Shown here: positions 11,196 through 20,369 of the stretch, one piece after another
Layout of the letters: each line of letters starts with the position of its first letter
Numbering within the stretch: the first letter of the stretch is position 1
From: Phycisphaerae bacterium
GTDB taxonomy: Bacteria; Planctomycetota; Phycisphaerae; UBA1845; Fen-1342
Assembly (NCBI GenBank): GCA_963675745.2
Contig: CAXXWX010000004.1
Coordinates: 52,964 to 116,963 of the forward strand
Length of the DNA stretch: 64,000 nucleotides
Direction of reading: 5' to 3'
Notes under the pieces: model-generated
What the model saw: only the letters and a program-made list of their open reading frames with translations
Databases searched by the model: none
What the model was told of the DNA's origin: nothing
Made by a program: the position numbers and the translations under genes

Positions 11196-12368
11196 TCAGA
11201 AGCGGATGATACGGGTGGGGGCGGCCGCGCGGCGTGTGAGCGTTTTCTCGTCCACTTTCACGCCCAGCCCGAAGCCCGTTCGCGGCTTCAGGCGCCCGCC
11301 AAAGCCGAATTGCACGACATAGCGTGTGACATCATCTTTGAGCAGCCAGCGTCCGAAAGCGCCTTCCACAAAGCGCACTTCGGGGCAGGCTTCGAGAAAC
11401 GCGGCGCCGGCGGCGCTGAGCAGACTCGTCTCGCCGACGAGGCAGCCGAGCTGTACATCGAGCCCCGCGTTCAGCGCGGTCCGTGCTATTCGCAGTGACG
11501 GCATCAAGCCGCCGTTCTTGGCGATACGGATGTTGAGCACCTTGACGCCACCGCCATCGATCAGGCGCCGTGCATCTTCGAGTGTCAGCAGTGACTCGTC
11601 GGCGATCAGGTCGCAGGCGGTCTGTTCGGCCAGCCACGCCAGGTCGCCGTCGGCGGCTTCAGGTAGCGGCTGTTCGAGCGCGCTCACGCCATGCCGTTCG
11701 AGCACTGGCAGGGCGTTGTGGGCTTCCGCCAGCGTCCAGGCGCCGTTCGCGTCGGCACGCAAAGTGGCGCGCCCGGCCTTGATCGGCTTTGCCAGGTTGC
11801 GACCGGCCCACGCAAGGCGCTCCTCCCAGCCGTCGACGCCCACCTTGATCTTGAAATCACGCAAGCGGTACGCCCGCTGCATGTTCAGGAACAATCCGAG
11901 CCGGCGCCGGGATTTCCCGATAATCATGCCGGAGTAGCGCGCCGTGCGAATGCAACCAGGTGGACCGAACCCCGGCAAGCCCATCCAGCCGGACATATCC
12001 GCCGCACGACGCCGGAATGTCCGGCCGGCCAGATCAACCAGTGCCAGCTCCAGCGCCGCCCGCGCGGCACACACGATCCTACCCTCCGCCTCAAACGGCA
12101 GTTGCTCGATGAACTCCAGCGCATCGGCGAAACTCTGCGGCTGAAAGCTGACCAGCAGCGGTGCGAACTCACGCGTGAGGTCTTCCATCACCGACGCCGG
12201 AGTCTCGCCGGTCACATATGGCCGTGCCAGCGTTTCACCATAGCCCGTGAGCTCGGCATATGGGGCGGCGGCGGCCAGACGCACGACGAGCGGGTCGGCT
12301 GTGTCACGCACGGCGGAGGCGTGCTCAAACCGGGCGCGCATCGGGATTGCCAGTGGCGTGATCCGCAT
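11196..12368 (-). CDS. Enolase-superfamily enzyme (muconate lactonizing / dipeptide epimerase subgroup); start uncertain
   Basis: GYGE, FKIKVG (KxK), ADANG, LEQP, ADES, IAKNGG, GCLVGET. Confidence 0.85.
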   Translation of the reverse strand: MRITPLAIPMRARFEHASAVRDTADPLVVRLAAAAPYAELTGYGETLARPYVTGETPASVMEDLTREFAPLLVSFQPQSFADALEFIEQLPFEAEGRIVCAARAALELALVDLAGRTFRRRAADMSGWMGLPGFGPPGCIRTARYSGMIIGKSRRRLGLFLNMQRAYRLRDFKIKVGVDGWEERLAWAGRNLAKPIKAGRATLRADANGAWTLAEAHNALPVLERHGVSALEQPLPEAADGDLAWLAEQTACDLIADESLLTLEDARRLIDGGGVKVLNIRIAKNGGLMPSLRIARTALNAGLDVQLGCLVGETSLLSAAGAAFLEACPEVRFVEGAFGRWLLKDDVTRYVVQFGFGGRLKPRTGFGLGVKVDEKTLTRRAAAPTRIIRF

Positions 12369-12516
12369 TTCGCGGATTCTCAGCGGGTCTTTGGCTCTCT
12401 GAATAATGGTAATTGCTCCATCGGGGCCGCCCGGCCCTGTTTTGCACGATCCGGTTGACCGCATACACTAACGGCTTCAATCAGGACTGTATATCACAGG
12501 CATAAGGGACGCATTG

Positions 12517-14024
12517 ATGGCCGAAAAGACGACGATCGACCAGCTAAGTAAACACATTGGACAGCAGGTCACGCTCCAGGGTTGGCTTCATAACACCCGC
12601 TCGAGCGGCAAGCTGCTGTTCCTGATCCTGCGCGACGGCACCGGCCTGTGCCAGTGTGTGCTCGAGAAGACCGACGCAAATGTCGAGGCCTTCAACGCCG
12701 CCAAACACCTGGGCCAGGAGTCCTCGTTGGAGCTAACCGGCGAGTGTCGCGCCGACGAACGCTCGGTCGGCGGACACGAGCTGGCCATCAGCGGCCTCAA
12801 CGTCGTGCAAGACGTGGAGGGCTACCCGATCACACCCAAACCGCACGGCGTTGACTTCCTCATGCAACGCCGGCACCTTTGGTTCCGTTCGCAACGCCAA
12901 TGGGCCATATTGCGCATTCGTGCCACGCTGGTTGACGCCATCCGGCGTTACTTCAACGACAACGGCTTTGTTCTGATTGACACGCCCATCTTTGCGCCGT
13001 CAGCGGGCGAGGGCGCCCAGACGCTGTTTCAGGTGGATTACTTCGGCGATCCGGTTTACCTGGCGCAGACCGGCCAGCTTTACGTTGAATCCGCCTGCAT
13101 GGCCCATCGCAAGGTCTATTGCTTCGGGCCGACATTTCGCGCGGAGAAGAGCAAGACGCGGCGGCACCTGACCGAGTTCTGGATGGTTGAGCCGGAAATT
13201 GCGTATGCGGAGCTCGACGATGTGGTCACCCTGGCCGAGGATTTCACGTGCAGCATTGTGCAGCGCGTCTTGCGGGATCATCGGGCGGAACTGGAGACTC
13301 TGGGACGCGATCCCGCGGCGCTCGAGCGGATTCAGAAGCCTTTCTATCGACTGACCTACTCCGAGGTGGCGGAAATCCTGCGCTCCGAGCGCGTCGCGGG
13401 CATGCTCGATGACGAGCTCGCCGCCACGCGCGGCCGGGTCACGGAGCTGACCAAGCTTATCGACGAGAAGGAAACGGAGCGGACCGCCCAAGGCACCAAG
13501 AAGTGGAAACAGGAGAAGCTGGCCCAGGAAGTGGCTGAGCTGCGCGAGGAGCTCGCCGAGCGCGAGGAGGACGCGCGCAATATCCCCCATCACAAGGAGC
13601 TGGCGCGGGCTTCGAGTGGGGCTCCGATCTGGGTGGGTCCGACGAGACCATCATTGCCCGCATGCACGATCGGCCGGTTTTCGTGACGCACTATCCACGC
13701 GCCACCAAGGCGTTTTACATGAAACGCAACCCGGAGGATCACCGGCTGGCCAACTGCTTCGACATGCTGGCCCCCGAAGGCTACGGCGAGATCATCGGCG
13801 GCTCACAGCGCGAAGACGACCTCGATGTCCTGCTGGACGCCATGAAAGCCCAAGACCTCAAGGAAGAGGATTACACCTGGTACCTCGACCTGCGCAAGTA
13901 CGGCACAGTCCCGCACGGCGGCTTCGGCCTGGGCGTCGAACGCACGCTGGCCTGGATCTGCGGCCTAAAGCACATCCGCGAGACAATCCCCTATGCACGG
14001 ATGATGGGGCGGGTGTATCCGTAG
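12517..14024 (+). CDS. asnS: Asparaginyl-tRNA synthetase, split by an apparent single-base frameshift near 13600
   Basis: OB fold (FLILRDGTG), [29 protein letters not shown]; continues in the -1 frame as [43 protein letters not shown]. Confidence 0.93.
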
Positions 14025-14053
14025 CAGAACATCGCGTCGCACAAGTGGTCGAG

Positions 14054-14929
14054 CTAATCCGGAATGTGCAATGCAGCTACGAGCCGCAGAACTGCGTTCC
14101 ACGCATCTTCGAAGGGAATAAAACGCTCGCCGGTTTGGCGCCTGATGCTCGCATCGTACTCCGTCGCCGCGTGCGCTCGAACCTCCTCGTCAAACGCGGA
14201 TTTCCGTGGCTCGATATCTCGCTTCTGGCACTTCCGGATGAAGAGCCGCGTGATCTTCAGAGGATCAAGTTGCGCGTTTGGCTTCAGCCAGTAATGGGCC
14301 ACGTCGTAGACATCCTGTGGACGCAGGCGATTCCGCAATGGCTGCTGGAGCATCGCCCGTAGCTTCTCCGCAATAATGTCCTCGAGCGTGCATGTTCTGA
14401 CCTCGGCCCAGTCGTCATCAGAGAGCTTAAGGCCGCGTGTTTCGCATACGGCGTCATTGAAGCTCACTTCCAGCAGAATCGTGGTTGAAACCGGCTTGGA
14501 ACCGAAGTGTGCGTAGTAGCGGTCGCCGGGGAACTGATAGCCGATCTTTATCTCGTAGGTTGGCCGGGTTGCGCGAGGCGCGGGTGGGTTTCGCCGCACG
14601 CGCTGGCAGTTTGCCCTGATGGTGTATCGCTGCTCCACTTGTCTTAGCGCGTGGTTCACCCGTTTTCGCAGCCAGTCCGCATCATCCAGTATGCCGTCCC
14701 CGTCTACGGTGAAGTCCAGATCCAGCGTGCTTCGTGGACTGTCGTAGCCGAAGCGGAGGGCGTTACCACCCTTGAAGGCGAGACCGTCACCCAAGATGGA
14801 ATCCGCTCCGAGGCACCGCAATGTGACAATACTGACGAATCGTCTGCGCCCCTCTACGCGCGGGAATCCACTGTCATGACACCATTTGTCGATTTCGCGT
14901 TCAGAGGTTGGGAATGGCCGCGGCGCCAT
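14054..14929 (-). CDS. abiEii: AbiEii-family nucleotidyltransferase toxin (type IV TA / abortive infection)
   Basis: LAFKGGNALRFGY..RSTLDLDF and IIAEKLRA..RPQDVYD motifs; ATG overlaps the upstream stop (TAATG). Confidence 0.88.
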   Translation of the reverse strand: MAPRPFPTSEREIDKWCHDSGFPRVEGRRRFVSIVTLRCLGADSILGDGLAFKGGNALRFGYDSPRSTLDLDFTVDGDGILDDADWLRKRVNHALRQVEQRYTIRANCQRVRRNPPAPRATRPTYEIKIGYQFPGDRYYAHFGSKPVSTTILLEVSFNDAVCETRGLKLSDDDWAEVRTCTLEDIIAEKLRAMLQQPLRNRLRPQDVYDVAHYWLKPNAQLDPLKITRLFIRKCQKRDIEPRKSAFDEEVRAHAATEYDASIRRQTGERFIPFEDAWNAVLRLVAALHIPD

Positions 14930-15822
14930 TACTTTGCCCTCAGTTCCGCCAGCAGGTTGCTCGGAATATTGATTGATAGATTCCAACGCTCCGAGTGTGC
15001 CGAGGCAAATGGCCGATCGGCTATCAGTTTCGCGGAGCCACCGCGCTTGGATCGCTGTGCCCACTCGTCGAGGGTCTGGCGCCTGGCGCCAAGCTTCTCG
15101 AGCACGAAACCCACGCGTTGACAGAGCAACGCTTGCCCGAGTCGTTCCGCGTATTTCACAATCTCGTCCACGCGGATCAGCGGGGCGGCGCGCGCCCAGG
15201 CACGTACGACTGCCAGCACGTCACCGCAACGCTTCGGGAAGCGCAGCGAGTCCACGAGTGTTCGCTCCAGGTCAGTGACGTATATGGGCGCCCCTTTGGC
15301 ATGGCCGATCATGACACCGAAATCCGCTGGGTCTGTTGGCCGCAGCCAGTTTACGCGCCGGCCACGCAGAGTTGCCACCAGGCGGTAACGCGGGGCCGGA
15401 ACATCGAGCCAATCCTCAGCGGTTGTGCCGAGTGGAGGGCGAGCGGTGGAGTTGCCATAATGTGTCGCGCACAAATCGCCCGGGACTTCGTCAATCAACT
15501 CATGGTATGCAAATGCGCTCAGGTGGCTTAGAACGGCCGTGGGGTTTGCCTCCTGCAAAATCGCTTCGTCAGATACCGGAATGGATGAGGCGTAGGGGAC
15601 GGTGACGAGGTAAACCCCCCCTACGTCCTCCAATTGAGATATGCTGCCCTCTGCCAACAAATCCCTGACGACGGATTTGACGCGCGCTCTGTCGGGAGGC
15701 GAGAATCCCTGGTGCCTTGCCACGCAGTCGTAGATTACGAAGAATCGCCAATCCGCGACTATGGTGCGTTGTTCATCACCAAGCGTTTGTAGGATGCAGG
15801 ACGAGATTCGCTTTCTATGCAT
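14929..15822 (-). CDS. abiEi: AbiEi-family antitoxin / transcriptional regulator
   Basis: VLSHLSAFAYHELID, IYVTDLERTLVDSLRFP, QRVGFVLE, ERWNLSIN; translationally coupled to abiEii. Confidence 0.85.
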   Translation of the reverse strand: MHRKRISSCILQTLGDEQRTIVADWRFFVIYDCVARHQGFSPPDRARVKSVVRDLLAEGSISQLEDVGGVYLVTVPYASSIPVSDEAILQEANPTAVLSHLSAFAYHELIDEVPGDLCATHYGNSTARPPLGTTAEDWLDVPAPRYRLVATLRGRRVNWLRPTDPADFGVMIGHAKGAPIYVTDLERTLVDSLRFPKRCGDVLAVVRAWARAAPLIRVDEIVKYAERLGQALLCQRVGFVLEKLGARRQTLDEWAQRSKRGGSAKLIADRPFASAHSERWNLSINIPSNLLAELRAK

Positions 15823-15834
15823 ATGTCTATTGCC

Positions 15835-15885
15835 GGTTCAATGTAACGTCCTTAGGACGTTACATTGAACCATCATCAGTGTCAA
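15835..15885 (-). promoter_or_regulatory. abiE operon sigma70 promoter overlapped by a perfect 18-bp inverted-repeat operator
   Basis: Minus strand TTGACA (15885-15880), 17 nt, TAACGT (15862-15857); IR GGTTCAATGTAACGTCCT-T-AGGACGTTACATTGAACC at 15835-15871. Confidence 0.8.
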
Positions 15886-16300
15886 GGAGAATCTTTTCAG
15901 ATCGAGAAAGTCCTATAATCACCAAGCTGTTCCACGTTATATGGAGCTGCAATTGGAGTATCATACAACATTTCGATACGGTGGCCATCTCTCCTGGATG
16001 TGATTTGCTCGATTGGCTGATCTCGGGCCGCCCACAAACGTCCCGTGCCAGGTAACAGCCAGCGGCTTCAAGACGCAACAATGGTGAGGAGCGCTCACGG
16101 GTACTCGATGGGCAGAGCGGGCAGTCGCGCAGCAACGAGCCGAGCCACAGCAACCCACCGGTGCTCGTCTCACGCTGCCTACCACATCCTCGATCATGGT
16201 CCGCACTTTGGAGTCGTCCTGGTTTGCCGCCTCCACGTTGTCATTGTGTGGTCTAGCGGCTAGGCTTCGCCGACTTGACTACGCAGAGGGAGAGAACGTA

Positions 16301-17503
16301 TTGATCGCCGTGTTTCCCGGGTTTGACTCGGTGCTTGTCGCCGTGTGGTTCTGGCTCACGCTTCTGATCGGGCTGATCTGGCTTAAGCGCCATATTGACA
16401 TAAACCAGGGCCAGGCCGAGCCCGCGCTGTGCGCGGATGATGCGCGCACTCCCGCCGACGAGCTGCCGGAGCTGTCGATGCTGGTGGCGGGCAAGGAGGA
16501 AGAGGCCAATATCGAGCGGTGCCTGACGGGATTGCTCGCGCAGGACTACCCCCGGCTTCAACTGATCGCCGTCAATGACCGCAGCGAAGATCGCACCGGG
16601 GAGATCCTCGACGAGGTGGCCGCCGGCGACGAGCGTCTGACCGCCGTCCACGTCAAAGAGCTCCCCGCCGGCTGGTTCGGCAAGAACAACGCGATGCGCG
16701 AGGGGCTCGAACGGGCGACGGCCGATTGGTTCTGCTTCACCGACGCCGACTGCAAGTTTGACTCGACCAAGCTGCTTGCGGCCGCGGTTTCGTATGCCGA
16801 GCGGGAGAATATCGAGTTTCTTTCGGTGTTGCCCGAACTGGAGGCCCTGACGTTCTGGGAGTGCGTAGTTCAGCCGGTCGCCGGCGCGATCATGGTCTAC
16901 TGGAACCCGCCCCGGAAGGTCAATTCCCCCGACTCTTCGTGCGCCTATGCCAACGGCGCGTTCATGCTCATGCGGCGAGAGGCGTACGAGCGTCTTGGTG
17001 GCCACGACGCGGTCAAGGCCACGCTGAACGAAGACATGCACTTCGCACGCCGGGCCAAGGCCCTGGGTGTGCGGCTGCGCGTCATACGCAGCCGAAACCT
17101 GTACCGTGTGCGCATGTACACGGGGCTGACGAGAATCTGGCGCGGCTGGAGCCGGATTTTCTATGGCAGCTTCGGCACGATGACGCGGCTGATTCGCAGC
17201 GCCCTGCTGATGACCGTTGCCAGTCTGTCGCCGTACGTCACATTGGTGCTGTCTCCGCTGGTCGGTGCAAACTGGCCATGGCTGGCGGCGGCGGCGGCGT
17301 TGACGATCCTGGTGCAACAGTCCGTGCTATGGCGTTTCTACAAGCTCTCGGGGCTCGCCGGGCCGTGGGCGCTGACATACCCGCTGGGCACGATCTGCTG
17401 CATCGGCATGACGTTCAACGCCATGAGCAAAGCCCTCGGCACGACCCAGACCAACTGGCGCGGCACAACCTACACCGGCGGATCACACCAACCGGCGCAA
17501 TAG
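16301..17503 (+). CDS. Family 2 glycosyltransferase with TM helices (carotenoid/hopanoid-type GT2)
   Basis: LLAQDYP, VNDRSEDRT, LPAGWFGKNNA, FTDAD, ANGAFML, EDMHFAR, RMY; TTG start after a GGGAG RBS. Confidence 0.85.
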   Translation: MIAVFPGFDSVLVAVWFWLTLLIGLIWLKRHIDINQGQAEPALCADDARTPADELPELSMLVAGKEEEANIERCLTGLLAQDYPRLQLIAVNDRSEDRTGEILDEVAAGDERLTAVHVKELPAGWFGKNNAMREGLERATADWFCFTDADCKFDSTKLLAAAVSYAERENIEFLSVLPELEALTFWECVVQPVAGAIMVYWNPPRKVNSPDSSCAYANGAFMLMRREAYERLGGHDAVKATLNEDMHFARRAKALGVRLRVIRSRNLYRVRMYTGLTRIWRGWSRIFYGSFGTMTRLIRSALLMTVASLSPYVTLVLSPLVGANWPWLAAAAALTILVQQSVLWRFYKLSGLAGPWALTYPLGTICCIGMTFNAMSKALGTTQTNWRGTTYTGGSHQPAQ

Positions 17504-17510
17504 CGGCAGG

Positions 17511-17735
17511 GTAGGGTAGGTCGAGCGCGGCGAGACTGGCCGTCGCCGCTTGCGCTATTCAGTCCATAGCCGACAGGAGTGCATCCGCCGCCTGAGCGGG
17601 CGTTCTGATCTCCTGCGCTACTTCGTCGCTGACTGCGGCGTCGAATTCATCCTCAATCGTCATCGCAAACTCGGCCTCGGCGAGGTTGCGAATGCCCTCG
17701 GGGTGGCCGGTCTCGCTGCGCTCGATCTACGCTAC
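17511..17735. repeat. REPIN-like inverted pair of GTAG-type REP units
   Basis: GTAGGGTAGGTCGAGCGCGGCGAGACT (17511-17537) and inverted GGTCTCGCTGCGCTCGATCTACGCTAC (17709-17735); third copy at 31451-31477. Confidence 0.7.
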
Positions 17736-17804
17736 GGCTACCCCACGGCGGGTCTGCGGCAGTGCCCCCTCAGCGCGGTCGCGTTGATTGCCGGTGTGGC
17801 GGTG

Positions 17805-18782
17805 CTACATGCGGCGGGCGAGGACGAAGTCGGCCATGGTGGCCAGGCTCGCGCGGGCGTCGGATTCGGGCAACGCCGCCAGCGCGTCGCGGGCTTCGGC
17901 GATGTAGCCGTCGGCAACGGTGCGGGCGTAGTCCACGCTCCCGCAGTCGGCCAGCAGCCGGGTGACGTCGTGGTGCCGCGCGGGCGGCCCGCCGTCCAGC
18001 AGGACACGCAGCGCGGATCGTGTCGCGGAGTTGCCCGTGTGCAGGCAGTGAATCAATGGCAGCGTCAGCTTGCCTTCGGCGATATCCCGCCCGAGCGACT
18101 TGCCGACCTCGGCTTCGTCACCGATCAGGTCGAGCACGTCGTCGGTAATTTGAAAGGCGGTGCCCAACGCCATGCCGAACCGCCGCATGCCCCTGACGGT
18201 TTCTGGATCGGCGTCGGCGAACTCGGCTCCGAGTTGGCAGCATGTGCCAATCAGCGACGCCGTCTTGCGGGCGATGATCTCGAGGTAGAGCTCCTCGTCG
18301 AGCTCGTAATTGTAGCGGTTGGCGACCTGCATCATCTCGCCCTCGCAGATCGTGTTCGTCGTGTGGCCGATGACGCGCGCGGCTTCCTGGGAATCCAGGC
18401 TGCTGCACAGATGAAAAGCATGACTGATCAGAAAATCGCCCATCAGCACCGCCCGCTCATTACCCCACAAGCGGTTGACCGTGGCGGCCCGACGCCGAAT
18501 GTCGGCCTCGTCGAGCACGTCGTCATGCACCAGGGTGGCGATATGCACCATTTCAACGACGGCGGCGAGCACGTGGTGGGCGGGCGTGACCATGCCACAG
18601 GCGCGGGCCGTGAGCAGGAGCAGCGCGGGGCGGAGGCGTTTGCCGTGGAAGCGGGCGACGTGGTTGCACAAATCGCTGATGAAGCCTTGGTCGCTGATCA
18701 GCTCGTCGCGGAAGATCCGCTCGCAGACGCTCAAATCGTCAGTGATCGGGCTGTATAGCTCGGCGAGTTCGAGTTCGAGCAT
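17805..18782 (-). CDS. Polyprenyl diphosphate synthase (IspB-like)
   Basis: GKRLRP, LVHDDVLD..RR, GDFL, KTASL, FQITDDVLD, GKSLGRD. Confidence 0.93.
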   Translation of the reverse strand: MLELELAELYSPITDDLSVCERIFRDELISDQGFISDLCNHVARFHGKRLRPALLLLTARACGMVTPAHHVLAAVVEMVHIATLVHDDVLDEADIRRRAATVNRLWGNERAVLMGDFLISHAFHLCSSLDSQEAARVIGHTTNTICEGEMMQVANRYNYELDEELYLEIIARKTASLIGTCCQLGAEFADADPETVRGMRRFGMALGTAFQITDDVLDLIGDEAEVGKSLGRDIAEGKLTLPLIHCLHTGNSATRSALRVLLDGGPPARHHDVTRLLADCGSVDYARTVADGYIAEARDALAALPESDARASLATMADFVLARRM

Positions 18783-18948
18783 AGAAACCGCTCCGCCAGC
18801 GCGCGGCGAGCCACAGACTGGCATACGCCAACTGTGATCATGGTCGAACAGACGGTGTTTATCCAATTGTGATTGAAATTTTCACAACGATTGAAAATCC
18901 GGGCCCCGGGGCGCGGTGAGAAACCGTATGGCGCCGCCCGCCGCCGGA

Positions 18949-19827
18949 CTAGCCGCGCCCGAGCAACACATCCAGCAGCCGCGCCGTCTCGCCTTTGCGC
19001 TTCACGATCAGAACCGGCTTGGCGACGGCTGCAATGATTCGCTCGGCGGTGCCACCCAGCAGGGCCACCGCACTTGACGTGACGCCACGGCTGCCCACGC
19101 AGATCATGTCCATTTTGCGGGAGGCGGCCAGGTCGCTGATGGCATGCTCGGGCACCTCCGAGCATGAGCAGACCAGCTCAAAGTCAACTCCACTCGTGTC
19201 GATATCCGCCACAAACGCCGCCAGCCGCTTGCGCGCCAGATCCTCCATGCGCTCGGAGGCTTCTTCGAGCGTGAGACCGGACTTGGAATAGCCATAGTCA
19301 ACGCAGAACACCGTTTGCACGACGACCTGAGGCGTTGCTTCCTCGGACGAACGGGCGATATCCAACGCCGCGTCGATCGCCAACCTGGAGTGCTCGGAGA
19401 AGTCGACCGGCACCAGGACCCGCGAGAGGTGTACATGCGCGTCCTGCGGAATCAGGAACACGCTGCACGGCGCCTTGCGTGACAGGCGGTTGAACGCGTT
19501 GCCGACGGCCACCTGATTCGAGGGCAGCGAGCGGCCGGCGAGCACGAGGTCGAGCTCTTGGTCCCGGGCGGCCTTCAGCACGACGTCAACGGCCCCCGTC
19601 TGGTGGACTTCGAGCGTCAGGCGGTCATGGAGCTCGGCCGGCAGGTGTGATTTTACGAATTGCTCGTGTTTCACGGCGCCCGGCGCATCCGGGTGATGCC
19701 GTTGCAGGTAGACGCACAGGATCGATTCCGACTCGGCCAGGAGCGCGATTCGGCCGGCGAACGCCAGTACATCCTTGTCGTCGGCCCACTCGTCCAGGTA
19801 AACCGCCAAACGCTTGAGCTCTTTCAT
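18949..19827 (-). CDS. Universal stress protein (tandem USP domains)
   Basis: RKAPCSV, VLVPVDFSEHS, ICVGSRG, LLGGTAERII, PVLIV. Confidence 0.9.
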   Translation of the reverse strand: MKELKRLAVYLDEWADDKDVLAFAGRIALLAESESILCVYLQRHHPDAPGAVKHEQFVKSHLPAELHDRLTLEVHQTGAVDVVLKAARDQELDLVLAGRSLPSNQVAVGNAFNRLSRKAPCSVFLIPQDAHVHLSRVLVPVDFSEHSRLAIDAALDIARSSEEATPQVVVQTVFCVDYGYSKSGLTLEEASERMEDLARKRLAAFVADIDTSGVDFELVCSCSEVPEHAISDLAASRKMDMICVGSRGVTSSAVALLGGTAERIIAAVAKPVLIVKRKGETARLLDVLLGRG

Positions 19828-19974
19828 CACCGGCCCTCGTTCGATGTTGCTCGGCCCGCACCCACAATGCGCTTGCGGCCGGCCAAAGGTACAGACTTGT
19901 CGACGCGCACTTTACAGCGCGTCGGCGGAAGATCAAAGCTGTGCGCGACCGCGGCCTGTCGCGGGCTCGGCCGG

Positions 19975-20265
19975 TTACTCGTCGTCATCGGCGACTGCGT
20001 CGAGTGGTTTGAACAGCAGCGCGATGCGGCCGACACAGCGCACGAGCTCGCACGGGATTCTGCCGGCCAGATCAGCCGCAAGTGCGGTGCGGGCCTTGCC
20101 CGTCTGCGCGGGCAAGCGCACCTTGATCAGGTCGCGGTTGCTCAGGCAGTGGCGGACCTGGTCGACGACGCCGTCGGTCAGACCGTCGTCGCCGATTGTC
20201 AACAGTGGCTTCAGGCGATGGCTGCGGGTGGTCAGGTCGCGCCGCTGTCTGCCGTTCATGGCCAT
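19975..20265 (-). CDS. yhbY: YhbY/CRM-domain RNA-binding protein
   Basis: HRLKPLLTIGDDGLTDGV..LIKV..VGRIALLF. Confidence 0.88.
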   Translation of the reverse strand: MAMNGRQRRDLTTRSHRLKPLLTIGDDGLTDGVVDQVRHCLSNRDLIKVRLPAQTGKARTALAADLAGRIPCELVRCVGRIALLFKPLDAVADDDE

Positions 20266-20369
20266 GGATACCTCTCTACCGATCCCGCATACTGTACAGC
20301 CGACCGCCTGCCGTTACGATAGCGGTCGATGTTGAGTATCCCCGGCCACAACTGTCCGCAAAGAGGAAC

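Noticed and set aside
12487..12499. CTGT-ATATC-ACAG as an E. coli-type LexA box
   Set aside because: Spacer is 5 nt rather than 8 and the flanking genes are not SOS genes.
15886..16290. Short ORFs and lower-GC DNA upstream of abiEi
   Set aside because: No recognisable protein motif, integrase or att site; cannot support a feature.
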